NCBI RefSeq assembly: GCF_000143415.4
Contig: NW_003314279.1
Span: 186,001 to 250,000 of the forward strand
DNA: 64,000 nucleotides
Reading direction: 5' to 3'
Origin: Selaginella moellendorffii
Lineage: Eukaryota > Plantae > Lycopodiophyta
Of this stretch, positions 24,372 through 37,420 are shown piece by piece. A program made the position numbers and the translations under genes. The notes below the pieces were generated by a model. That model made no database searches. It saw nothing but the letters and a program-made list of their open reading frames with translations, and was not told where the DNA came from. The first letter of the stretch is position 1. Each line of letters begins with the position of its first letter.

Positions 24372-27307
24372 ATGGGACGGAAGTCCGAGGCCAGATCGGC
24401 CGTGGCGGTGAAGGTATGGGAGATTTTGAGCTTAGAGCGAGCGGTGTGAGGAGCGATGAAGAATTCGGCGGATTCTGAGGTCCCCCAGTCGCCGCGCTTG
24501 AGCTGATCGAGCAAGGAATTCGTTGTGATGTGATCTTCGTTTTCGGTTTGTAGGAAGGGAATGCGGCACCCGGAGACGAAGATTACGAGCTGCTCTACTC
24601 CAAGGATTATGTTGCGATCCATCCGAGCTGGAACGAGAGAATCAATGGCCAGCTGCGGCTCATCAAGCAGGGATTCTCAGTTTTCATGGTAATTCTATCA
24701 TAGAAATCGTGATCCGGGGGTCTAAGCTCTTCTCTCTTTTTTTTCATGCTTAGTCGTGGATGCCTTCCAGCGATCCAGGAAGGAAACAACGAGGGCCGAG
24801 TTTTGAGAGAGGTAAGCCAGTGACTTCTCATACGATGCTCCTTTAAGTTGACTTTTCTCCCAGATAGAAGTTTGTACACTATCCGGGCTGTTGCTCTGGA
24901 AGAGATGAAGTCTATAAGACGGCACACGCCTCCTTTCGGCTGGCAGTACATCATCGTTGTTTTAAACAGTGGTATGTTACTTCTTCTTCCCTTAGATCTC
25001 TGTTGTGACTCATTTACGATGGCTGCAGGACTGGCTTTTCCGCCCCTGTACTTTCACAATGGCGGTGTCCGTGAGTTTCTGGGAACTTTGCGGGAGTATT
25101 CGCAGCTTGGGAGGTTTGTAGACCTGTGTCTCCTTTCTACTGCGCACTCAAGTTGTTTGTGCAGGGCTGGTGACGATCCAAATGTGTATCTTGTGAATGA
25201 CATCCAAGATCCATTGCAGGTTTGCCGTGCTGGTTTTCTTTGCTACAGTCGTTGATTATGTCTCCTGCAGAAAAGTCTTTCGTCATTGGAACTCGCAGAT
25301 GTTCCTCGGGCGTCACTCATGCCAATATCCAGAGCCACGAAAACTGAGATTATGGAGGACAAGCCACAACGCTCAGAAGATGTTTCGACTAGCAATGACA
25401 ATGTTCAACGACCTCCCAGGCATAGAGATCCGAACTTCTCTCTTCACGTTCTGGAAAAGTTTTCAATGGTTACAAAGTTCGCCCGTGACACTACCACCCA
25501 GCTCATGAATGGTCTAGAAACCTTGAACGTGGAAAACGCGAAGCGACCTAGCACGCTGACGATGGAAGCTGTGCCGGAGAGGATAGTTTCTTTTCAAGAA
25601 GCAGCAGCAACCTCAGAGGTTAGTTTCACTATATTCCACCTTCATCCTCTATGTGTGGTGCTTCAAGTTTTTAATAGCTGCTTAAGCATATAGTGTTAAC
25701 TTTCTGCAGCAAGGTGAGAATGGAGAAGCATCCACTAACGTGGGCAGCTTTGAGCTTGTGGATGGCACTCAGGTACTCGACTTTAACTCTAAATGGTTTT
25801 CTAGAAATCCGTCCCTGTCCTGTGTAAAAGTGCCTTGTATTCTTCGGTTTCCTAACTTAGTCAATGCATGCAGGAGGATGAGCTGCCAGATATTATGGCG
25901 GCAAGAGAACCACCCTTGGGTAAATCGGAGGTATGTTTTATAATGTCATTCTTTTCATCCTGTATTCACTAGCTAGGTTCCAGTGGAATTCTTTTCTGGA
26001 TGGCGAAGGACGTGTTACTGATCCAAACGAGTTGAAGAAGAGAATCTTTCGAGGAGGAGTAGAACCGTCTATGCGACCTTTGGTAGATATTGATTCCGCA
26101 TTAGTTTCTCCAGTCGTTTGTTTTATTTCTTTTTGCAGGTTTGGAAGTTCTTGCTTGAGTTCTTCTCTTTTGATTCAACGTCTAAACAGAGAGATGCTCT
26201 GTTAGTGAAGAGAAGAGAAGAATACCGCGTTTTGAAGGCACAATGGCAGGTACCAAACGTTCTTTTTTGTTGGTCCTTTTTTCATAGACTTCTCTCTGGT
26301 CTCTTAGAGTGTCTCAATTGAGCAGGCAAAGCGGTTCAGCAAGTTCCGAGAACGCAAGAGTCGCATTGAGAAGGATGTGGTATGTCAATACGAATGGCGT
26401 GCAATGTAACCATCTTCTGTTACTCCTTGTATAGGTACGAACTGATCGAGCAACAGAATTCTATGGTGGAGACGACAATCCCAACGTCGACATGCTCCGA
26501 GATATTCTAATCACCTATTCTTTTTACAACTTTGATCTGGGCTACTGTCAGGTATGTAAGCACGTAGCACGAGCTGTTAAATAACCCACTGTTTTCTTAC
26601 AGGGGATGAGCGATCTGCTATCACCAATTCTTTTTGTGATGCGAGACGAAGAGGAAGCATTCTGGAGCTTTGCTTCTCTCATGGAACGACTGGGTCCGAA
26701 TTTCCACCGTGATCAAAATGGCATGCACTCTCAGCTTCTGGCTCTTTCGAAGGTACTCGCATCCTCTTCTCTCGGGGTTTTAATTTAGTTGTATGTGCAG
26801 TTGGTGCAGCTTCTAGATCCCCCACTGCAAGAATACTTCGGCCAAGTGGAGTGCTTGAACTACTTTTTCTGCTTCCGCTGGATACTGATACAATTCAAGA
26901 GGTGAACTTATGGTTTTTCCCGTTTGATCTAGCGTAACGTTTTCTTGTCCAGGGAGTTCGTGTATGACGACGTCCTGGCGCTCTGGGAGGTGCTTTGGAC
27001 GAGACACATGTCAGAGCACTTCCACCTCTACATCTGCGTCGCGCTGCTCAAGCGACACCGGAGGAAGATCATGGACGAGCACATGGTATTCGATACACTG
27101 CTCAAGTTCATCAACGAGCTGAGCGGCCACATCAACCTGGTGTCGACGCTGCACGGCGCGGAAACGCTGTGCAGGCTGGCTGGCGATGCCGGTGCCGCGT
27201 GCATACCTCCAGGAACGCCCCCGGCTCTGGCTCGCGACCCTGGTGCCGCGTGCATCATACCCCCAGGAACGCCCCCAGCTTTACTAGTAGCCCCCGCTCA
27301 GTCGTAA
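24372..27307 (+). CDS. TBC-domain Rab GTPase-activating protein (TBC1D15/Gyp7-like), multi-exon
   Basis: RRHTPPFGWQY, FPPLYFHNGG, IEKDVVRTDR, LGYCQGMSDLLSP, YFFCFRWILIQFKRE. Confidence 0.92.
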
Positions 27308-27427
27308 GTAGCTCGCTTGGCTCGGCTCGGCTCGACGAGAGATAGATTGCGAGGGAGAAGGGGTATGTAAATACATCGTCCGTCTTATACATGCGTTTTC
27401 CTTGTTTTTGTTTCAGCACAGATGTTT

Positions 27428-28521
27428 CTAAACAAGATCGTTGCATCCAGATTTGTCCCCGTAGCTCCTGGTATCGGTGGGACACTGGCAAGGGAAGCGA
27501 AAGAGAGAGCAAGAGTTTTTTTGCGAGAAAGCTTTGGAGCAACTTACCGTGAATTGCAGCGATGGTGGACACTTTCGGACGACGTCGTAGCAGAGATCGA
27601 AGCAGGGGTTGACGACGTAATCCGGCGACGTTCCTCCGTATCCCCAGATGAGGTCGGCCTTCATGCCGGCCTTGGGATTGGTGGTGGCGTTCTTCCTGGG
27701 TATGCTGAAGTGAAAGGGGTAAGGTATGCATTTGGGGAACTGGATCGCACACATCTGGATCAAGGAAAAGAGAATGTGAAGAACACAAGGCTTTCGTTTC
27801 CGTTTGTTTTTTTCTTTCTTTACCCAGGTTGTGTATGCCGCGATGCAATCGTTGCAAGTCCATAGCGTGACGTCGCGGCAGTTCCCCAAAGAGAGAAGAT
27901 CCTGCCATGGTTTTTCTCATTGTCAATGTCAGAGTTCCGTGTTTGTTACCTTGAGACGATCGACTTGGCACTTTGCGTAGTTGTCCTCCTTTTTGCCGAC
28001 GGCCAAGCCGCCCAGTCCAGCGCCAATCTCATTCCTGGTCTGGTAGGTAATTCCCAGCGGCGAGATCACATCTAAGAGAAGAAGAAGAAGGTGGTAAACG
28101 TTTTCTATGGCCCCCATTCGAGAGAGTTACCCACTGTAGCAAAACCACGTCGGGTCCGTCGCCACGTTGGTCGTCTGGCAGCTCCAATAAGCAGTGTCAC
28201 AGCTCTCCTGAATCAATCACGAATGAATCAATCCGCCAGGGAGGGATCCAATCCAAACCAGGACCAGAGAAAAGAATCCAATCCACCTGCGTGTAGTCGT
28301 AAATGTAGTCCCCATTGCTATCTGTGACGGGCATAGCGGTGCACGGCGAGGTCGGACCAGTGCCGCAATCCGGCGAGAGGATCACCTGCGCAAGCTGCGC
28401 CTTGGCTAGCCCAAGAAGCGCTGTGTGTAGATAGAATGGTATAGATTAGAATCGAGAAGAACCGACAGATTCTCTTACTCGAGAGCCCAGCCAGCAAAAT
28501 CCAAGCCGCAGTAGCCCCCAT
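27428..28521 (-). CDS. Secreted Mid1/NLF-1/FAM155-like cysteine-rich protein, 7 exons (28521-28479, 28420-28287, 28207-28135, 28071-27950, 27901-27824, 27754-27548, 27484-27428), 237 aa
   Basis: All introns GT-AG, 48-79 bp, frame preserved; signal peptide MGATAAWILLAGLSTLLGLAKA; TCNDCIAAYTTWMCAIQFPKC ... PCFDLCYDVVRKCPPSLQFTCP ... GCN. Confidence 0.8.
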
Positions 28522-28737
28522 TGTCCGCGAGGAAGAAGAAGCGGGGAATGTTTTGAAAGATCAAAGGGCGGTTGACCTAATAAAATTAACGGGTGGATCC
28601 TCTGCTACGTGTCCATCTAATTCTATGCCACGTGTCTTTTATAGCCGCCGTTTATGGGAAAAAAGAAGGGATTTTACATTGACAAAATCTTGCCTGCCTC
28701 GCTGGCCGGCTTGTTTTTTTTTCTTTTACTCTCTGTT

Positions 28738-31700
28738 TCACTGCGGCACATCGTTGCCAAATCTTTGAGCGAGGAATGCGTCTAAATCTTTGCCTGCGTT
28801 GCCTTGTGCTGGGTCGATTGGATCCGATGGGAGCCCACGGATGCAAGCTAGAATGTGGCTCACGTCGCGGTATAGCCTGGAAATAAAAAGACCATCAATC
28901 CAAGCGATCCAAGAACTATAATACCACCTTCGGTCTCCTTGAGGAGTCGATACTTCCAGGCTCGAGAACGTTTCCGTGAGTTGGGTGTGGAATATCAACA
29001 CCACCCGGCTGAAAGAGAGACATCGAAGGTTAGATAGAACAGCCAAAGAGAAAAACTAAAGAGGATGGATACGTAACGAGAAAATGGAGCGAAGGTCGTC
29101 CTCGAGCAGTAGCGGCGACAGCACCCTGTGCAAGACTCCGACCTCCTTAGTGAGAGTCCGAGCAAACTGGCTGGGCTGTGCGTCTGCGTCGTCGGGAGCG
29201 GCTTTGTTCCATCCTTCCACGACCTGTGGTAGAATTCTTAGATGTACCTGGAGCCTCTCTTTCATGATTTGTACGAGCTTTGTGTGGATCTCTTCCCTGT
29301 GGACTTTATAATCCTGCGATAACAAAAAGAGTACTCGTGTTAGGAGATGAGGAGCCGAGCTCTACCTGAGCAATCCGATCCAGCTCGTTTAGCAACAAGG
29401 CCTTTCTCGGGTCCGGAATAAACACAGACAGTACTTTCTTCATCTCTACACAGAGAAAAACTTAGCGAGAGATTGACAACAGACATTATTGGTACGAACC
29501 AGGAATGAGCACGTGAAAAAAAGTGATCGTCTGGCTCGCCAGTGCCAAATGTTTGGCAGTGATGGATTTCAACCCCGAAACCTGCGTAAAAGAACTTGTC
29601 AACCTTGCTTCAATCGATCAAGTAAACTACCTGAAGAGCGCCAGCTCCCAGTACTAGTTGGCAAGCACGAGAATTAAAGACCTTCAAAATTTCAGCAACA
29701 CGATGAACCACCTCCGCTGCTAAGGCCGGCAGGGCGTTGCTCAACTCCACATACTCGGCAATCATTTTCAGAAGAATCAAGCCACTGCAGTTCAAGCAGA
29801 AAATTAGCTCGTGTCTACCACATCTTTCCACGTACCTGTTTACCGTATGGTAGCCTATTTGCCCGATTCGAATCGTCTTTATAGACTTTTCCCGGAGCTT
29901 CTTATCCACGGTAGTCACTGTGCTGGAGTCCGTCTCCAACTTCTCATCATGTGGCGCAATACTGCCTCCATTTTCAACTGGTTGACACTCACCATTAGCC
30001 TCAGAATGACTCTCGGCTTCCCCATTCTCAAGCGAATCGTCAAAAATAAAAACTTTGTCGACGATTTCTTGAAACTCGTCAGGAATATCAACTGCAACCC
30101 ACGTTTCTTGATCTAACACCGCGGTGATCTTGGTTATCTGGAACACATTATAGTGAGACATTTACATTTGTGGAAGTAGCTTACCCGAAGTATGTGCTGA
30201 GAATCAACAAAGGACTTGGACTGAGACTGCAGGGTGCCACGAATGCTGTATCCCAACCGACCTCCCACCTGAGAAAGGCAAGTTCGCAAGAACTTTACAT
30301 GCTTCTTCAAAGTTTACCTTTTCAGTAGCAGCGATGAATTCCTGTGTCACGTCGTGAATGCTTACAAACTCTTGTAACCGTAGCTTTGGATGAACAGGTG
30401 CCCGAACACCAAGTAGCTTGACCCAGCGACCATGGGCAGCATCGCATGCAGCCCACAGTGCTTCGGTGTTTTCGCGCAACACATCCGCTCTTGAAAGCAA
30501 AGGTTAGACGCCAGGCAGATTTCTCAATAAAAAAAGTACCTGAATTGCTTAGATATACTTGAAAGTTGAACCCCTCTTCCTCTTAAATTAAGAGGATCGC
30601 TATCTGTAACAATTTGCGCCAAGGATCCTTGCGGTTCTACTTCTTCTGCAGCTTCAGCAGCAGCGACGGCAGCGGCGACGGCAGCGGCACCAGAAGCAAA
30701 TGCTGCGGCAACAGCTTCGGCGGCAGACGTTCCTTGTAGGCCGCTTACGATTTGCTCCACTAATTGTCGAATTTTGGCAGCTCTCACCAAGCGCGTCTGT
30801 GACGTCCATGTTAGGCAAACGGAAGGCTTAGAACTCCTCCAACCTGAATGATTTTGAATACTGCGACAAGGAGTTGTACGAAGGCATCCGGAGAAAGACT
30901 TCGCAATTTTGCAGCAAGGTTTAGTCCGGAAACTGCCACAAGAAAATAACTGGAACATCAGATGATGCATGAAGGTTATTTACGTACCATCTATTTCGGT
31001 TTGCTTCTCTGTTGCAGGAGAATCACCAGAAGACCGATTCAAAAGAATTGGAAGGCATTCAGCTACTACGGTTTTGATTGCAGACTTGACATCTGTGGTT
31101 AACGTGTCCTTGTAAACCTTCAAAACGGCGGGTAGCTTTGACTGCCATCGCACGTAAATCAAACATGAGCTTTTGCCATTAGAAACGATAGAACCTACTG
31201 TTCTCAATAGGCCGATTACAAATGGTACAAGCAGCTCGCGAAGGTTAGTTTCCTCCTCTTCGTTGACTTGCACCTGAGAAAATCGGTAAGCAATTTGACA
31301 GACTTCATATCAACAACTCACCTCTACAGACATGCTGTAAAGCTTGTCTTTCATGTTAAGAGATGAGATAATCACTGAAGAGTCGAGATCTTTGGAGTTA
31401 TGTATGGCAATTCTTACAAAATCAGCTGCTAGCATGCTGCCAAAGGAGAAGGTGTGAACGTCAACATCATAACTAACCCTTCAAGACCTTACTTGTTCAC
31501 AGAATCCGTCGATGCTGCCAGTTGATCTCCCAGATGCCGGAAGCAATGCATTCCAGCAAGCTCATCGCCTTCCTACACCAAAGAAGTGAAGTCAATCGAA
31601 AGTGCTCGATAACCCTGCAGCACATACTCACAAGCAATTGTTGCAGCTCGTCTATGACATCCAAGGCACCGCCACAATCTGCAGTAGCAACAAGCTGCTC

Positions 31701-32598
31701 AATAAGAAAACAAGATTAGACTTGCATTTGTCATCGACGTCTAAAGGCAAAAGGAGGGAGAGATCCTTACAATTCGTAGCGCAGAGACCGCTTGGTTGAC
31801 GTAAGTCATGAGCTTCAGCTTGTCGTGCAGCGCTAGAACATTCTCCCTTTGCCGGCTGAGTGTGTGAACTTGGGTGGCAGAGCCCACGAGATCGTTCTCC
31901 AGCAAACGCACGGTCGACTTGAGCTCTTTCATCTGCTGGCAGGCTTCCAGCATCCTCTCATTAAGATCCTCGAGCTGCTTCTGGGCCTCGAAGAACGACT
32001 CGGACCTGGCAGAGATCTCCTTGACAAGATGAACTTCCACCACGTCCAGGTACTGCGTCAGCCTCTCCTGGAGCATTATATTCTGTGGGATGGTCGAGAA
32101 GGGACAGGCCGCCTGGAACGTCGATCCCCTCTCCAGCGCAAAGTCTTCGTCGAAGAACATGTTTGGGATCTCTCGAAGGCAAGCCGCGAGCCCTTCTCCT
32201 CCTTTAAGTCCCATTTCCCCGCTGGAAGAAGAAGAAGTGCTCGGCCCATCCTCCTCGAGAAAGAAATGCTCCTGGACATCCACGAAGCGGCTGTATGGCT
32301 CCGAGATGGATTCCACGTACGCCCGGAAATCTGCCTCTGGGAGGAGGGATTTCGATGCCGGGGGAGCCGCGGCGTCGATGGAAGAGGAAGGATCGGCCGA
32401 GAAGATCCAGCTGCTCCACGACGAATCCGAGCCGGAGTGGTGTGGATTGTTGAGAATGGAGGCGAGGCTCTGGCCGGCGCTGTAAGTGCTGGGATCAAAC
32501 TCGGGAGTGAGCCTGCTCGAGAATCTCCCATGCGTGGAAAAGCTCTTGTTGCGCCTGCTGCCACTGCCGCCAAGAGATTTCGGCCGTGGCGACTCCAT
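28738..32598 (-). CDS. VPS54: GARP complex subunit VPS54, multi-exon
   Basis: QSLASILNNP, LQERLTQYLDVVEVHLVKEISARSESFFEAQ, ACDAAHGRW, FNSRACQLVLGAGA, DYKVHREEIHTKLVQIM. Confidence 0.93.
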
Positions 32599-32839
32599 CC
32601 CTGGCGGCTTCCTAGCACGAATCCCTCGATCTCGACCTTGCGGAGGCCGGCGCCTCCATAATATCCTCTAGCTCGGGCATCCAGCCAGAGATCCGCGAAT
32701 GCGTCGCGGGATCCCGAGCTCCGGTGGAAATTTCGAAAATACGTACTCAATCCAGCGCGGGCGAGTGGTAGATCTGTGAGCGCTCCTCCTCCTTCCCAGG
32801 AACCCTAAAACTTTGAAAGCACACACTCTTTGTTATTTA

Positions 32840-34522
32840 CTATCTATCCACTATGATAAGTCCTCTTTGGTGCTGCGACCTTTGCCTATAGTCGTGTTCT
32901 AGCTGCACGAACGCTCTCTCCACCTCCGGGAGAGCTTCGAATTTTTGCTGGAGCGTCTGGCCAATCTCGTGAGCGTCACGCAGTGGCATGCTTTCGGGCA
33001 ATTCGATTCCAACCTGGAAGGAAGAATGAATCGGTGGAAACACTGAAAAATCGTTTTTTTTTACCTCCACGAAGTACAAGGCACCAAATGTGTATGCTCG
33101 GACGGTGTCAATGTGCTTGATGTCTCTGTGATGATTGAAAGTTATGTAGGTGAGCTTCTGCTGGATCTCCGGAGGAGCAGCCTTCCCAATCAGCGAAACT
33201 GGATTCCATCACGAGAAAAAAAAAAACAAAGATAAGATCTAAACTTCGTCTTTCAGCTGTAAAAAAATAACACTTACCAGCGTTTTCGATCACAGTTTCG
33301 GACCAGTTTACGATCGTGTACACCGCCAAAATGATCGCGCCGACTGGATCGAGCCACCAGTAGAACTTGTCAGCCAGAACAGCAGCAATCAATCCTACCA
33401 AATTGGTGACAACATCAAAGTAGTGATCCTGCAACGCTCCATTTCAAAAACAAAAACAACGATAGATGAAAAGTGGATTGATCACCTTCAGGCTAGAGCC
33501 GATTACTAGAGTTTTCTTTTGTGGCCTACCATTGCATAAGCGCGTATGATCTCGTTGTCAAAGGCTCTGCAGTAAAAGAAGAGTGCAAGCTTGACAAGCG
33601 TTGCTGTCCCCATTATGACAAGAAGCCACACCCACTGGCTCTGACTAAGTTGGTTCTCCTCGCTCTTTTCAAACAACTGTTTCACTCCCTCGAGGAAAAT
33701 CTGTAGACCTGTAAGCTCTGTAAATCATCTCGCATGGGAAAAACAAAAACTCCAGCCAGAACGTACCAACAGTAGCCATGACCGCGGCGAAGATTATGAT
33801 CCCCACCGGTTGAACTCGCAGCTTCCCGATCGGATAGTTGTAAACATCCGTGCTTTGCATCGACCATTGTGTGAACCATAGGATCAAACCGGCGACGAGA
33901 TCCAAGAGTGAGTCAAGAGTAGATGCTGCGATAGCCAGGGACTGTGTCTGGATGGTCGCGTATAGCTGTAAAATGAGGAAACTTTTGATTTCCTCTAAGA
34001 AGAAAGAAAAAAGTGTCCAGAGAAATCATACCTTCATGATCAGTAAGATCACGTTGGAGATGTTTGAGATGTTGATCGCAAAGCTCTCGTTGCTATGAAG
34101 AGTGCCATCGATGCTTTCAGTGCTCTTGGTCGATTTGGAGACGTGAAGAAGAGAATCGACCTCCTCAAACATTTCCAGCGCTTCTCTTTGCCTCTTGTTA
34201 TACTCCCGCACACCTGGTAGAAGGAAGAACATCGAAAAGTTTTAGCTACCTCAAAGAAAAGAAGAAAAAAAAACCATTGCGCGATACCTTCCGAAATGGG
34301 GGCCTCCGTGTCGAGGAATGCGCCCTCCTGGAGCATCTTGTGACACTTGAACTGCCATTTCCCCGAAATCCTCCGCAGCATGGACATGCTCTCGCGTCGC
34401 CGATGCCGCTGCTGCCGCTGCTGCTGCTGCTGCCCAGCGCTTTCATCCACAATCACGCCGCTAGAGCGCCGCCTCGACGGTTGATCCATGCCCGATTCCG
34501 GGAGCAGCGGCGCATTGAGCAT
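32840..34522 (-). CDS. MTP8: Second MTP8-type Mn-CDF metal tolerance protein, multi-exon
   Basis: [49 protein letters not shown]. Confidence 0.9.
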
Positions 34523-34616
34523 TCTATATTTCACTCCAAGAACCCTAAAACATAACTACATTTTTTTCCCAGGGCCAAGAACTCTACTAGGACTCTAGGA
34601 GCCCTAGGAATTCGTC

Positions 34617-35473
34617 ATGAGCGGCGCTTCTAGCTCTTGCCCGCCCTCCGATCGCTCCGGAAATCAAATGTGGGCGCTACAGGTGAATGGGGTAAGGTGC
34701 TGGCAGTCTCTCGCATCAATCCGACCAAAATATTTCTTCTAGGAAATCCCTCGCGCCCCATCTACGCCTGGCTGGGAGCAACTCAAATCATCGCAGGAGA
34801 AGCTGGATGGCATAATCAAGAGCAGCACTAGCAGCAGCGGCAAGAATCTCCGGTGCGTGATGATTTCTTCTTCTTCTTCTTCTTCTTCGTTCACTCTATC
34901 AAGTTCGTTTCTATCAGGCCAGAGAATGGTAACTGTCTTTCTTTCTCTCCTTCACTACATTGAAGTGGTTTTTCTGCTAGAACGCCAAGAAATCCCTGAG
35001 GTCGACCTTGATGATGATACTACTCCTGAGGCAAGCTCTTCCCTTTTTTCATTCTCGTTCTAAATTTTTTAGAGGACACACAGACAAATATCCAGCCGAA
35101 TTCCAGGCTTCCAACAATCGAGGAACTAAATTCGAGTTTGCCATACAAGCTTCCATTCTTTGAGGTACGGATTTCGCTTTCCATGTCTTGGTTTTTCTTA
35201 ATACTTTTGCTATAGAACTCCGAGGTCGATCTGAGGCCACTTCTAAAGAATCTTTTGCCAGTGTGGGAGGTCAGCCGTCTTAGAACACAAGGAGAAAAAG
35301 TCTCACAGTTTGTTACTCCAGGTTGACGAAGATGATACTCTCTGGGATCGTGATTCTCTACTTGCAGAGGTTTCTTTTCTTGTTCTACGAAGATTGCCCT
35401 CACCAAAGTTTTACAGATTCAACTCAAATTCAATGAAGAACGCAGGAAACAACGTAGTGAGAACTCGCATTGA
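34617..35473 (+). CDS. IFT43: Intraflagellar transport protein 43 (IFT-A peripheral subunit), 8 small exons, about 160 aa
   Basis: Spliced: TPGWE...EIPEVDLDDD...RLPTIEELNSSL...EVDLRPLLKNLLPVWEVDEDDTLWDRDSLLAEIQ; matches the IFT43 C-terminal pattern IDLxxLxxxLxPxxEVxEDDxxWDxDxLxxEV. Confidence 0.72.
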
Positions 35474-35524
35474 TAAAGGTGTGTTTTATTTTATATTTCT
35501 CTCGAGAAACCATGTTGCAAAGAA

Positions 35525-36540
35525 TCAATTGCATGCCTGTGGATTCAAGCTTGTTGAGTGAAAAGCTCTGGGAACTGAAAGGCCAACTTTTCCGCCATGT
35601 CCAACTCCTCGCCATCTGGCACAGCCCAGTCAAACGCATGGAGCAAGCTTTCGAGCACGAACTGGACCGTGGTAGTCCCAAGCAGAATCCCCGGAGAGCC
35701 CCTCCGTCCCGATCCACTTGGAAGCTCTGGCCTTTCACATCGATGTCCGGCTGCCGAAGAAACCGCTCGGGATCGAACTTGAGAGGCGATGTTGACGAGC
35801 GCTCGAGTTCCTGCTGGTATCACGTATCCCTCCAGCTCGCAAGCTTGCATGGATTAGTGAGGAATGCTCATGGACCCTGGGGGATGGAGGCGCAATGTTT
35901 CCTTGACGATGGCTTGGAGGAAAGTCAGCTTTTGAAGATCAGTCTCGTCCAGGCCCGGTTTTCTCTTTCAGCTCCTCCTGGTCCCAGCAGCGATCATATC
36001 CTACGAAGTTACGAGCATGTCAATCAAGGATTCCCCGATACGGGAAGAAGTCAGCCAGAGCGATACTTCCAGACACCGTGAGCGCGTCGAGCTCCTTCAA
36101 GAACATGGACATCTTGGTCTTCCGGACTTGCTGGAACATCGCGACGCGCTTGGCAGTGAGGAGCTCCAGTTCCGGACGCACCTCCAGTGGTGGCCCAGAT
36201 CATCCCACCTCCTCCATACCCGAAGTTCTCGCTGGCAATCGTCCTGGGCCTGGAAGAGAAGACGTGATCTAGCGTCTTGAGGAGCTCCATGGCGGCCTCT
36301 GGCGGTGGAGATGACGAGCGTATCGTGGATGCCGAGCTTGAGAAACATGAGGCCGCCATGTCTCTGGGAGAGCTTTTGCAAGGATTGGTTGGGGGAGCTT
36401 GCCGAGGAGATGGAGATGGCTGAGGATGGAAGTCCCGGAGGAGATGGTGGCGATTTGCTACCGCTGCCTCGGTTACCACTGACAAGCTTAAGGAAGATGA
36501 GAGCAATGAAAGACGCAAAAACAATCCAAAGGAACTCCTT
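35525..36540 (-). pseudogene. CYP71-clan P450 pseudogene (many deletions and frameshifts)
   Basis: Fragments homologous to 58146-59663 ([39 protein letters not shown]). Confidence 0.85.
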
Positions 36541-37420
36541 CCAGGCACACTGGAAGTATGAACTTCGACTTGTATGTGCATTGCTATGTGTTGTGGTGGG
36601 CTAAGCAAGTCAAATACAAAGCCTATCCATTAGTCGCTAATGTCTACGTGATAGAATTCTATAAAGACGGATTTGTCGCTGATATCCTTTGATAGCAAGG
36701 TTATGCATTCCAGTCAAGCTTTTCAAATTATATATAAATATGAGTATGGTCCAAAGTTGAGTTCTAACTTACTAGTTGAGCTCAAAACAATAAGTAAGCA
36801 AATATAAACTCTTAGTTAAACTTTCAAGTTATTTGCAGTTTTTGTGATCTCTAAAAAAGAACTCAATTTCTAGTATTTGTGTGCTTTACAAAAACTAAGA
36901 AACCCGGTGTGGGTTATGAACTCACATGCGAACCAGAGTTTCGCACATGTGAAACAGCCGACAAAGCTACAAGAGTTACACACACACGTTTTGTTTAGAA
37001 CCGGTCTACCACAGCAGAGGAAAAGAGGCCGTCAAACCAACTGGATGAATCGAGTCATAAGGTTTTCTTGCCTGGATCTATATCAACCTTTTTCAAAGTG
37101 TCCACTGTTTACTGTGGAGATTTTCGGCTGGTAGAGGCAGATATTCTTCCCGGTTTATAAGTCTCCGAACTTTAGATTGCTGCCTTTCACGACTTTTCTT
37201 CTTTTGAGCTCTTTCACTCAAAATCCACTACTTCACGCCAACGGGTGACATGACATATTGTTGGCTCTGCATGGGTCTAAGAATGTATACGTGACCATGA
37301 GAAACAATTAAAAATGATCTCTCGATGCCATTTCTGCGAATAATACCAGCGAGCAGAGGCCACAGGTTCACACCACTTAGTTCCTTCTTGAGATTTCACG
37401 ACATTGAGTGTTCTATAGCA

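Noticed and set aside
27255-27971. 238-aa minus-strand ORF overlapping the Mid1-like gene
   Set aside because: Different frame, runs through introns, no motif; the spliced Cys-rich frame explains the locus
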